A stretch of DNA of 64,000 nt from a virus (taxonomy: Duplodnaviria > Heunggongvirae > Uroviricota > Caudoviricetes). Positions 33,564-41,755 of the stretch are shown here, piece after piece (position 1 is the first letter of the stretch; every line of letters begins with the position of its first letter). Below the pieces are notes generated by a model. It made no database searches, was not told the origin of the DNA, and worked only from the letters and a program-made list of their open reading frames with translations. The translations under genes were made by a program, and so were the position numbers. The stretch is from IMG/VR virus record IMGVR_UViG_3300035696_000002; one strand, 5' to 3'.

Positions 33564-34916
33564 ATGATTCTGGAATACGGCCCGATTGAGAAACTTCAAG
33601 GCCTCCCATGGTACATGGTTGAGGTTCGATCCGAAAAGACTATTGAATCCACGATGCGTCGCGTTGGGAACGCCCTCCACGGTATCTTTCGGGACGAACC
33701 CATCGAGATATTCATCCCGGTTGTGCGTCGCGATTTGGACGTTTTTGAGTTGTCCACACAAGTGTACTGCTTTGTTCGCGGCACCAGCACTGGCTTCCCG
33801 GCTCTGTTGCGGCTTAAGAGCGTGACTGGAATCGTGGGCCTAGTCACCGAAGGCGACACCAACAGGCCCTCCAAGGCTCTTCAATGGCCCGACGCGGACG
33901 TTCAGAAACTCATCTCTGACGCCGAGGAGGAGCATCGTAAGCGTGCCATGGGCATTGAGGTTGGCAGCTTCGTTCGCATCTTGAATGGCGAGACCCGAGA
34001 CTACTGTGGCGTCGTGGAGATCATCGGCGACGGCAAGGCTGTCGTAAGAATCACCCTCCGCACCAAGTCGATTCTGCTTGAGACCCCGATTCGCAACTTG
34101 CTAAACCTTGGTGAAGTCGCCCCAGAGCGGCGAGTCTATTACTACGGCCCACTCGTAGACCAGCTAATCAAAGACAACCCTGAAGACGGCCCCAAGCTGA
34201 TTGAGGAAGACCTCCACCTCGACGAACCCACACCTCAGATCGAGGTGCTGGATGAGCCGCTGCCGGAGCATGAGCCCAAGAAGCATTCCCGCCAGCGTAC
34301 TGTCACGGCCCTTGTGAAGAAGCTCGTCATGCTGGAGAACAAGACCAACCCCATGGAAATCGCCAAGGTGGTTGTCGAGTCTTTGAAGAGAGGCGACATC
34401 AAGGCACCAAAGAACCTCTTTATCGTCTACTGCATCATCAAGGATCATCTCATGCGAGAGCACTTCCGCAAGCTCGATCCGACGATTAAGAACTACCGTG
34501 AAGTGATCCACAAGTACGGCAAGGAGTTCAAGTTCTCGGCCCAACAGATCGCAGCCCTTGATCCGGCCCTCGGCATCCCTGTGCAGTCTGCGGATTCTGA
34601 GGAGGATGAGCCGATAGTCGAAGAGCCGACTATAGAAATCCCTATTGAACAGCCGAAAAAGTCACGCAAGAAGAAGGCTGAGGCTGCCGCTGCTGAGGTC
34701 AAAAAGATAGAGAAGCCCGGCAAGAAGATTCACAAAAAGCAGCGGAAAGCAAGTACTGACACGTGCGGCGAATGCTATCACCCACGCAGCGAACACAACA
34801 AAACTGCGAAGGGCAACTGGGCTCGCTGCAAGGGTAAGACAAATCCCAAGCTGCACCCGTGGATCGAAGGCGTAAAGCCGTGCTGGTGCAAGCGGTTCAA
34901 AGAGAAGGCGAAATAG
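33564..34916 (+). CDS. NusG-like transcription factor paralog (NGN-like region plus KOW), with a long Lys/Cys-rich C-terminal extension
   Basis: KOW motif GSFVRILNGETRDYCGVVEIIGDGKAVVRITL; start taken at the ATG after the non-coding leader of track ORF 33354..34916. Confidence 0.55.
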   Translation: MILEYGPIEKLQGLPWYMVEVRSEKTIESTMRRVGNALHGIFRDEPIEIFIPVVRRDLDVFELSTQVYCFVRGTSTGFPALLRLKSVTGIVGLVTEGDTNRPSKALQWPDADVQKLISDAEEEHRKRAMGIEVGSFVRILNGETRDYCGVVEIIGDGKAVVRITLRTKSILLETPIRNLLNLGEVAPERRVYYYGPLVDQLIKDNPEDGPKLIEEDLHLDEPTPQIEVLDEPLPEHEPKKHSRQRTVTALVKKLVMLENKTNPMEIAKVVVESLKRGDIKAPKNLFIVYCIIKDHLMREHFRKLDPTIKNYREVIHKYGKEFKFSAQQIAALDPALGIPVQSADSEEDEPIVEEPTIEIPIEQPKKSRKKKAEAAAAEVKKIEKPGKKIHKKQRKASTDTCGECYHPRSEHNKTAKGNWARCKGKTNPKLHPWIEGVKPCWCKRFKEKAK

Positions 34917-34917
34917 T

Positions 34918-35664
34918 ATGGCAACAGCACCCGTCACAGGTTCAACTCCCGGACTTATCCGCACATGGCTGCTCGACCATGAACGGATCGTTATCATCCT
35001 CATCCTTGCTGGCGTGTTCTGGTGGGGCTATGGCAAGTACGCCGACATCCGGCTTCAGCATGACAACGCGGCCCTCGCACAACAGAAGCTCATTACTGAC
35101 GCACAGGTGAAGGCAAACCAACAGTTGGCCCAACAGGTCGCCGATGACGCGGCTCAGATGAAGGCCTTGTCCGATAAGGTTGAAGCCCAGAATCAACAGT
35201 TGGCGAACGCTAACATTGCATTGGCGACGGCTTTGTCAAAGCAGCAGAAAACTGACGCCAGCTTGCCGCCGACCGATTTGGCCCTACGCTGGGATCAGCT
35301 TGTACCGTCCATGCCCGCAGGTGGGGTCACGGTTGCCCAGAATGGCACCATGACAGTCACGCAGGCCGGGGCCGTTGGTACAGTTCAGCAGCTTGAGAAA
35401 GTTCCTGTATTGACTACTGAGTTGGCCAACGAAACAACAGAGAAGCAGAACGACGATCAGCTTCTCGTTTCCGCGAACAAGAGTATCTTCGACCTCAACA
35501 ACCAAGTCGCCGGAGCCACGAAACTCGATGCAGACCATCAACAACAGTGCACCGAGCAGATCAAAGTTGTAAAGGACGAAGCCCGCAAATCCAAGCGTCG
35601 CTGGTTCATCATCGGCTACGTTGCTGGATTCTTGTCCCGTCAATTTATTGGAAAGGGCCTGTAA
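34918..35664 (+). CDS. membrane protein with a long periplasmic coiled coil
   Basis: N-terminal TM, Q/A-rich heptads, C-terminal hydrophobic segment. Confidence 0.55.
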   Translation: MATAPVTGSTPGLIRTWLLDHERIVIILILAGVFWWGYGKYADIRLQHDNAALAQQKLITDAQVKANQQLAQQVADDAAQMKALSDKVEAQNQQLANANIALATALSKQQKTDASLPPTDLALRWDQLVPSMPAGGVTVAQNGTMTVTQAGAVGTVQQLEKVPVLTTELANETTEKQNDDQLLVSANKSIFDLNNQVAGATKLDADHQQQCTEQIKVVKDEARKSKRRWFIIGYVAGFLSRQFIGKGL

Positions 35665-35678
35665 TTTTTCAGGCAAAT

Positions 35679-35687
35679 GCAGTATTA
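35679..35687 (+). promoter_or_regulatory. variant motif GCAGTATTA, 18 nt before ATG 35705
   Basis: atGCAGTATTActtagcaggagatcaccATG. Confidence 0.35.
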
Positions 35688-35704
35688 CTTAGCAGGAGAT
35701 CACC

Positions 35705-36106
35705 ATGACTGTTCTGTTTCTACTCGATAACCGCGAATGGGTAGCTGTTGCCCCTGAGGCACTTCAGCTTCGCCAGATTTCACAGCCCACCGATGACAAG
35801 CCCGAAGCCCCCTATACTGTCGGCCTCGGAATTGAAGTCACCGTTCCCGTCAACAAGGAAGATGGCACGCCCGACACAAACGAGGACGGCACGCCGAAAA
35901 CCCAGCAGGCTTTCCGCCCGCTCATCAACTACGGTGCTTTGCTGACCAAGATTCCGGCTCCCGCTGCACAGCCCATTCAGGCTGTAGCTGTGCCCGCTCC
36001 TGCGGCTCCGGCTGCAACTCCGGCCCCGGCCCCTGCCACGGCTGAAGCAGAGCCGACCAAGGCCAACGGCTTGGCGACGAAGAAGGCCAAGAAAAGCGGC
36101 AAGTAA
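35705..36106 (+). CDS. hypothetical protein with an Ala/Pro-rich C-terminus
   Basis: Track ORF. Confidence 0.55.
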   Translation: MTVLFLLDNREWVAVAPEALQLRQISQPTDDKPEAPYTVGLGIEVTVPVNKEDGTPDTNEDGTPKTQQAFRPLINYGALLTKIPAPAAQPIQAVAVPAPAAPAATPAPAPATAEAEPTKANGLATKKAKKSGK

Positions 36107-36328
36107 ATGGACGGCTACATCCGAACTATCCCGCTGGAGTTTTGCCCCACAATTGGCGGGGCACTGTTTTACCTCGGAGATTCTTCGGACGATTTTGACC
36201 CCATGTTACAGCTTCGTTTTTGCAATGAATTCAGGCAAAAACTCACCTTCGAACAGAAGGAACGGATTGCCCGAAAGTTGCTTTTGCTCGCTGTAGACCT
36301 CATCAATGAGGAAGGTGGACTGCAATGA
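36107..36328 (+). CDS. hypothetical protein
   Basis: Track ORF. Confidence 0.5.
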   Translation: MDGYIRTIPLEFCPTIGGALFYLGDSSDDFDPMLQLRFCNEFRQKLTFEQKERIARKLLLLAVDLINEEGGLQ

Positions 36329-36939
36329 AAGTAACCAAAACATCAATTCATCGGCTCACGATTGAGAAAGACTGCGGCTGCAAGGCAACACGCGAGTACG
36401 AAGACCAGCTTTACAAGAAACCTATCGCGGATGCCAAGTTCTCCGGCTGCGAAAAACACAGCCGTGGTGCTGTCGCCGAGTTCGCCGGAGAGATGCTGAT
36501 CGAGGCTCTGCACAAGGAAGCCGAGCAAGCGAAGCTCACTTACGCCCCAATGCGTCAGGTGGAAGAGGGTGATAGTGGCGGCGTCACAGCTTCGGGCGAG
36601 AGCGTCCAAGCTTTGGGCGTTGTCGGCCTACCGAAGCGAGACACCAACAAGCCCCGGCGTGATCCCATGGCCATCACCAAGGTCTCCGTGGATCGGCCCA
36701 CACCCAAGACTGCGGCTGCGTTCGCTGCGGCTGGAGTTCCGGGTGAACCACTGCCCCCGACCGAAGTTATCAAGACCCAAGACGGTATCGAAGTTAGTAC
36801 CGAGATCGGCGTCGAAGCACCGGAAGACCCACGTTTGTCCGGCCTCGTCGAAGACACTCTGGGCGGACTGGACTTCTTGGATCAGGACGATGCCAAAGGT
36901 CAGGGCGTCGCACAACGCTTCTTGGATCAGGCGGAGTAA
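36325..36939 (+). CDS. hypothetical protein (204 aa)
   Basis: Track ORF. Confidence 0.55.
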   Translation: MKVTKTSIHRLTIEKDCGCKATREYEDQLYKKPIADAKFSGCEKHSRGAVAEFAGEMLIEALHKEAEQAKLTYAPMRQVEEGDSGGVTASGESVQALGVVGLPKRDTNKPRRDPMAITKVSVDRPTPKTAAAFAAAGVPGEPLPPTEVIKTQDGIEVSTEIGVEAPEDPRLSGLVEDTLGGLDFLDQDDAKGQGVAQRFLDQAE

Positions 36940-36941
36940 TC

Positions 36942-37121
36942 ATGAAAGACGGCACAGTCATCAACGGCTATCACTACCAGCACGACGAGATCGTTGGACG
37001 AGTGTGCCGCCCAGTTCACTACTCCAACGCACAGGACGGCCCGCGTCCGTACATTCAATGCGATAAGGATTGCGAATACTGTGAACAAGAACGACTCGCT
37101 GAAACCCCACGACGGTTTTGA
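36942..37121 (+). CDS. small Cys-rich protein (59 aa)
   Basis: MKDGTVINGYHYQHDEIVGRVCRPVHYSNAQDGPRPYIQCDKDCEYCEQ...; high GC3; not in the track. Confidence 0.4.
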   Translation: MKDGTVINGYHYQHDEIVGRVCRPVHYSNAQDGPRPYIQCDKDCEYCEQERLAETPRRF

Positions 37122-37380
37122 AGGTGGTCGCCAGCCCGGCCAATGTGAGTTTGGTAAGTACTGCTGCGGCGGCACCTGCCGTCGCTACTGCCACAGACCC
37201 GCCACTAAGTACCTCGACTTTAATCGACCAGAAGAGGAAGTAAAGAACGGTCGCCTCGGGGGAATCCATCTCTGCACCAAGCACTACGCCGAGGAGCGGG
37301 GACACTTCGATTATCGCCGTGAAGAATTCCTGTCCGCTCTGGTACAATATGGGGTAAGGCGGGAGCAAACCAATGTTTGA
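37081..37380 (+). CDS. Cys-rich protein, distant relative of the array family (CxxxxC...HLCTKHY)
   Basis: GTG inside track ORF 36994..37380; high GC3. Confidence 0.45.
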   Translation: MNKNDSLKPHDGFEGGRQPGQCEFGKYCCGGTCRRYCHRPATKYLDFNRPEEEVKNGRLGGIHLCTKHYAEERGHFDYRREEFLSALVQYGVRREQTNV

Positions 37381-37867
37381 ACGATTCACGGAACCAGCAC
37401 GTCGAGCAATATTCTTTGCCCGGTACGAAGCCTCACAGTACGGCTCACCCTACATTGAACCGGGACATCTGCTACTCGGTTTGCTTCGCGAAGACAACAA
37501 ATTCTTCAAGGCTCGTGGGCTAACTCGTCAGCAAATCGAGAAGACACAGGCCCTCAACAAATTCCCCGGTGAACGCATTCGCACGAGTGTTGATCTACCT
37601 ATGGCAAATACAACCAAAGAAGCCTTGAGTGTGGGCGTGCAGGTAGCGGATACGCTTGGCTCACAGCGTGTGAGCATCGAACATCTTTACGCCGGGGTGT
37701 TGAAGGCGGAAAAGGAAGAAATCGCCTACACAACTTTCATAAAGGAACTCGAAGCGGCGTCCAACCCTGTGGTGAAGATGGCCGCAAAGAAGTCCTCACT
37801 TCAACTGACGGCTGCCGAAGAACAATTGATCTTGGCTTTGCGATCCCTTCGTAAGGAAGCACAATGA
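37373..37867 (+). CDS. Clp N-terminal (Clp_N) double-repeat domain protein with no AAA+ module
   Basis: MFERFTEPARRAIFFARYEA...EPGHLLLGLLRE is typical of the ClpA/B/C N-domain; only 164 aa. Confidence 0.6.
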   Translation: MFERFTEPARRAIFFARYEASQYGSPYIEPGHLLLGLLREDNKFFKARGLTRQQIEKTQALNKFPGERIRTSVDLPMANTTKEALSVGVQVADTLGSQRVSIEHLYAGVLKAEKEEIAYTTFIKELEAASNPVVKMAAKKSSLQLTAAEEQLILALRSLRKEAQ

Positions 37868-38163
37868 GCATCATACCGGGCATCTATGCCATCGACAACG
37901 GGTGTGATAGGTGTGACCGCCCCTCTGGGGTGCCACACAGACCTACTTGTTCTGCTGCCGACAACAAGCCTCCGAAGAGTGCCGATGAATGGCTGGAGGC
38001 CGAACTATATGGGCCGGATGGCTACACCGAACATTTGCGTTGGGTCGCCCGACGTTATGCTACAATGCTGCTACGGGAGCGGAGCCGTGGGAAAAAAGAC
38101 ACCAGCAAAGTTAAACGCTCACACAAAAAAGCGGGCCGAGCAGCGGTACGGTCTAACGCTTAA
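37864..38163 (+). CDS. hypothetical Cys-containing basic protein
   Basis: Track ORF; overlaps an alternative-frame ORF; GC3 is mixed. Confidence 0.4.
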   Translation: MSIIPGIYAIDNGCDRCDRPSGVPHRPTCSAADNKPPKSADEWLEAELYGPDGYTEHLRWVARRYATMLLRERSRGKKDTSKVKRSHKKAGRAAVRSNA

Positions 38164-38449
38164 CAAAGACGACCGCCGCGAAATCATCCAGAAAATCCAG
38201 ACCAATCAGGCTCAGTACGTGGGCCGATCCTCGCTTACTCGCTCCCTGTGGCAGGTTGAGCACGAGGGGCAGACGATGAACGTTGTCTACGATAAGCCCC
38301 GGCATACCCTGTGCACCGCCCTACCGACCGACGCCCACGAGTTTCAGAAGTCCGCCATGGTTCAACCCGAGGAACCCAAGCAGGCATCGTCAATACGATC
38401 TCAGATCACGGAAGAATTGACGCGGCTGTGGTGCGACGAAGAAAAATAA
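37886..38449 (+). CDS. hypothetical protein; the true start is probably internal (about 38070-38280)
   Basis: Track ORF; GC3 is convincing only in the 3' half. Confidence 0.4.
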   Translation: MPSTTGVIGVTAPLGCHTDLLVLLPTTSLRRVPMNGWRPNYMGRMATPNICVGSPDVMLQCCYGSGAVGKKTPAKLNAHTKKRAEQRYGLTLNKDDRREIIQKIQTNQAQYVGRSSLTRSLWQVEHEGQTMNVVYDKPRHTLCTALPTDAHEFQKSAMVQPEEPKQASSIRSQITEELTRLWCDEEK

Positions 38450-38451
38450 AA

Positions 38452-38471
38452 GGGCGAGCCGAAGCCCGCCC
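38452..38471. terminator. bidirectional hairpin GGGCGAGC-CGAA-GCCCGCCC between convergent genes; a T-run follows it on the minus strand
   Basis: Seen directly; the minus-strand reading gives hairpin plus TTTTATTTTT downstream of the OMP gene. Confidence 0.55.
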
Positions 38472-38490
38472 TGAGTGAACCCCATCGCCA

Positions 38491-39288
38491 TTAAAACTTG
38501 TACTGCACCAGAAAGTCCGCCGTCCCCATCACATGACGGCTGTGATCCTGTGCGTAGAAGTCCGGTGGATTGCACAGCGGATATTCTGACGCCGGGGTGC
38601 CGCATGGCTCTGTGATGGTTGTGTGGAACTCGTAGATGCCATACACGAACCGGGCACTCCAGTGCTTTGAGTATTCCGGCGAAGGCATGAAGATCGTGAT
38701 CTCAGGCCCCTGCACGCCGTTGCCGCAGCCCTGACAAACGAAGCCGGGGCTGGTTGGGGTTGCCGGGTAGGAGACTGACTCGTGCTGCGGGGGCAGGAGG
38801 TAGAGCACCTGTGCACGCATGTTGAAGTCGCCGTTCGAGAAGTGATGGAACCAATCCTTGCCGCCGCCAAACTGGTAGCGAATGTCGCCCTGTTTGACCG
38901 CTTGGAAGAAGTTCGTGCCCTTGGTGTAGTTGCTGGTGATTAACTCATTCCACCGCATGCCGCCGCCGAAGTACCAGTTGCCCTGCTTGTAGCCGCAGAA
39001 CCCGGCAACGTAGTCGTCATGGCCCTTGATGTTGTTCTCGGTACCATCGTTGGTCTTTTTACCGTTGTCGATGGCGACGTAGGTATCGCACACCGCGTGC
39101 TTCCCGTTCAAGTAGAGACCACCCTGCCCACGGACTGCAACGGCCCCGTAGCCGTTCGGCATCAGTGAAAGCCCACCAGCGACGTAAGGATGGGGGATGT
39201 AGGACTCGTAGGTTTTGGGTTGAGTGGACTGAGCGACCATGGAGAGGCAGCACAGGCACATCAGCAACAGAATCGTGGTGGTTCTCAT
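38491..39288 (-). CDS. secreted outer-membrane beta-barrel protein (signal peptide, C-terminal ...YKF)
   Basis: Signal MRTTTILLLMCLCCLSMVAQS; alternating aromatic/Gly-rich beta-strand pattern; terminal Phe typical of OMPs. Confidence 0.55.
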   Translation of the reverse strand: MRTTTILLLMCLCCLSMVAQSTQPKTYESYIPHPYVAGGLSLMPNGYGAVAVRGQGGLYLNGKHAVCDTYVAIDNGKKTNDGTENNIKGHDDYVAGFCGYKQGNWYFGGGMRWNELITSNYTKGTNFFQAVKQGDIRYQFGGGKDWFHHFSNGDFNMRAQVLYLLPPQHESVSYPATPTSPGFVCQGCGNGVQGPEITIFMPSPEYSKHWSARFVYGIYEFHTTITEPCGTPASEYPLCNPPDFYAQDHSRHVMGTADFLVQYKF

Positions 39289-39372
39289 AGGTGTTTCCCT
39301 CGGTTCGGACGTATTAAAACGATCTTGGCCTACACTAGCACTTACCGTACCATCCTGTCAAGCAATATCAGC

Positions 39373-39547
39373 CGTGCCACTTCACTCCGCCGAAATGCAC
39401 GATTGTCAACGCAAGGCTCAACCAAATGATTCCACAGAACGCGGCGGCTCCGGCCAGTCCGTCGTTGCGACCGAACAACCAGATAATCAGGGCGAACAGG
39501 AAGCCGATAACGCCCAAGGCAACGCAGATGGCCGCGAGGATGCTCAT
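39373..39547 (-). CDS. small membrane protein (58 aa, 2 TM)
   Basis: MSILAAICVALGVIGFLFALIIWLFGRNDGLAGAAAFCGIIWLSLALTIVHFGG...; stop/start overlap with the upstream gene. Confidence 0.4.
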
Positions 39548-39789
39548 AGCAGCCCGGCGTTGCGGAACGCCTGAATCTGTCCGGCCTTACGTTGCTGGTC
39601 AAGATAATAGAGGATCGCGGGAATGCCGTACACGTAGAACACCACGATGTTGGCAACCGCTACCAGCCCGAGGAACCAGATGGATTGAGTGAACGCGAGG
39701 AGGAGCGGGAGCCCAAACCATGCGGCGACCGCTACCCCGAGAATCTTTGCGGCCTTAACGGCCAAGGACATCTTGTTAGTTTTCGTCAA
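39544..39789 (-). CDS. membrane protein (81 aa, 2 TM)
   Basis: Track ORF. Confidence 0.5.
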   Translation of the reverse strand: MTKTNKMSLAVKAAKILGVAVAAWFGLPLLLAFTQSIWFLGLVAVANIVVFYVYGIPAILYYLDQQRKAGQIQAFRNAGLL

Positions 39790-40123
39790 TTGGGCCTCCC
39801 AAAACTCGATTCACAATCCGCTTGCTGGCGTACACGCGGAATTTCGGATCGACAATGATCTCCCCGGTGCTGCCGTAGCACAGGACGTAGGTGCGGGAAC
39901 TGTGGATGTAGTCCATCCCGGCGTCGATGGTGATCCACGGATCAAGACCGCAATCACCATGGGCATCATCCGTGAGGTAGATGTACAGCGTTTCGTCTAC
40001 AAGGTTCTCGAACGCCCATTCGGCGGTTACCGCTTGGCGACCGCACTGGTCGGCGGCATAAGCCCCCGGATCGTCGCTGGCGTCCACGTAGGTGTGTTTG
40101 ATGACTCCGTCTAGCTTAGCCAT
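39776..40123 (-). CDS. hypothetical protein
   Basis: Track ORF. Confidence 0.5.
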   Translation of the reverse strand: MAKLDGVIKHTYVDASDDPGAYAADQCGRQAVTAEWAFENLVDETLYIYLTDDAHGDCGLDPWITIDAGMDYIHSSRTYVLCYGSTGEIIVDPKFRVYASKRIVNRVLGGPIDEN

Positions 40124-40469
40124 TGCTCACTTCCAATTCTTCGCCAATGCCGAGGTTGATGTTCTGCGGCATCTGGAACATGGGATTGTCCAAGCCGTAG
40201 ACACCGATGATGATGGCGATAGCGAACGCCCGGTCGGTGATGGGAAGGCCCTTTGCGATGCTGCCTGACATGGTACCCGAGGCCTTCGTGTAAGTCAGTT
40301 TCTCTTCGGCCATGCGGCACAGGTCAACGATGTCCATGTTCGCGTAACGCGGCAGGGACAACAGGACAGGGATGATTTCGGCCTTGACCTTCAACGGCTG
40401 ATCCGTTTCGGACACGGCACTCGCCCATCCGTAGAACTTGCTGTCACGTGCGTGTTGAGTACCCGACAT
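40116..40469 (-). CDS. hypothetical protein
   Basis: Track ORF. Confidence 0.5.
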   Translation of the reverse strand: MSGTQHARDSKFYGWASAVSETDQPLKVKAEIIPVLLSLPRYANMDIVDLCRMAEEKLTYTKASGTMSGSIAKGLPITDRAFAIAIIIGVYGLDNPMFQMPQNINLGIGEELEVSNG

Positions 40470-40918
40470 TATTGACCCCCAATCTTGCTGCCGATTTGAC
40501 TGAATACGTTGCCAGCCTGAGAACCGATCAGGTGAATGGTGCCGATAGCGATGACGAGGATGACCGCCAGCATGACGGCATACTCAGCAACGTCCTGCCC
40601 ACGTTCATCACGCCACGCGGCGACAGCCTGTTCACGGGTGAATCCGAACTTCTTCATCAACTTCCCAACCGCGAAGGCCGCGAACTTGGGGTAACGAATC
40701 GTGGCGATGAACTTGCGGATGGCTGCCTTGGTCGGCGGCTTCACTTTCTTGGGGAAGTCGGACGGATGGTAGCCATGGGTGCCATCAACCTGTACGTGCG
40801 TGCCGCCGACGCAGCCAAGCCACGCGATGGGGTCGGCCTTGGTCGCACGGCGAAGTACGCCGATGCGTCCACCGCACTTAGGGCATTCCCGATCTCGAAG
40901 GTTGAGTCGCTTTGCCAT
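40469..40918 (-). CDS. zinc-ribbon domain fused to a C-terminal Flp/Tad-type pilin module
   Basis: N-terminal CPKCGG...C; C-terminal RDERG-QDVAEYAVMLAVILVIAIGTIHLIGSQAGNVFSQIGSKIGGQ matches the Flp prepilin G/XXXXEY site plus the hydrophobic core and a short polar tail. Confidence 0.55.
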   Translation of the reverse strand: MAKRLNLRDRECPKCGGRIGVLRRATKADPIAWLGCVGGTHVQVDGTHGYHPSDFPKKVKPPTKAAIRKFIATIRYPKFAAFAVGKLMKKFGFTREQAVAAWRDERGQDVAEYAVMLAVILVIAIGTIHLIGSQAGNVFSQIGSKIGGQ

Positions 40919-40920
40919 AC

Positions 40921-41094
40921 CTATTTCGTCTCCTGTGTATGTCGCTCGTTACGGTACCGGGCGACGAGAATCCACGCTTCTCCGGCTTTCAGATTGAACT
41001 TCATTTGCATGCGTCCAACCATTGCCTCCGGCTTGAGGTTCGGTTGGGCGGTACGCCACATGTCCAGTGCGTCACGATGTTGCTGTGTTAGCAT
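40921..41094 (-). CDS. hypothetical small basic protein
   Basis: Internal ATG of track ORF 40921..41202 (-). Confidence 0.4.
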   Translation of the reverse strand: MLTQQHRDALDMWRTAQPNLKPEAMVGRMQMKFNLKAGEAWILVARYRNERHTQETK

Positions 41095-41399
41095 GCCCAC
41101 TCCGTTGCGTCCGGGATGGTGTCGCTGTTGTCGGCTTCCGCCCGGAACCGCTCGATATGTTTTTCGCAGAAGGCGTTCAACTCCTCCAGCGAACCAAACC
41201 ACGGCGTCAGCGTGCAGCGGTAGAGCCCGGCTTCCGGCTCCGCTTCCGCTCCGATGGCGAGAACGGCCTTCACGCGGGTCTCGTCCTCAGCATCGGACAG
41301 GGCCTCGATGTCTTGGAGGATGTACAGGTCGAACAGGCTGCACACTTCCTCGACAAAAGGTACGTCCGCGAGTTTGCCGTTCGTGTAGTCGTGACGCAT
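41088..41399 (-). CDS. hypothetical acidic protein
   Basis: Track ORF. Confidence 0.5.
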   Translation of the reverse strand: MRHDYTNGKLADVPFVEEVCSLFDLYILQDIEALSDAEDETRVKAVLAIGAEAEPEAGLYRCTLTPWFGSLEELNAFCEKHIERFRAEADNSDTIPDATEWAC

Positions 41400-41755
41400 T
41401 ACTTCTTTCCTTTCTTGCTGCCGAACAACTCCGCCATACCCTTCATGTATCTCACTTCCTTGCGGATATCAGTCGCCGTCAGGCGGTTGGCATACTGAAA
41501 GTGCCAGCGGTCATGCACGGCAAGGTGAATGAGTTGGACAGGCTTCAACGAGAACACGACGTACTGAGCGTACCCGTCGCCCACCGGGAACCGCACGATC
41601 TCGCCAGCCAGTTCGCTGGAGCCATTGTCTTTGGCATACTTCACAACGTCGGCGATATGCTTCTGCGTCGCCTTCTCGTATGCCTCGAAGTCGAACGGAT
41701 GGGTGATCTCTGGAGCCGCACCCACTTCTTTCGGAGCCGAGTAAATCTTTGCCAT
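41399..41755 (-). CDS. hypothetical protein
   Basis: Internal ATG (MAKIYSAPKE...) of track ORF 41399..41806 (-). Confidence 0.5.
   Translation of the reverse strand: MAKIYSAPKEVGAAPEITHPFDFEAYEKATQKHIADVVKYAKDNGSSELAGEIVRFPVGDGYAQYVVFSLKPVQLIHLAVHDRWHFQYANRLTATDIRKEVRYMKGMAELFGSKKGKK

Noticed and set aside
39059-39656. Short plus-strand ORFs (66-111 aa) inside the minus-strand island
   Set aside because: They overlap minus-strand genes with signal-peptide, TM and OMP features; they have no coupling and poor composition.
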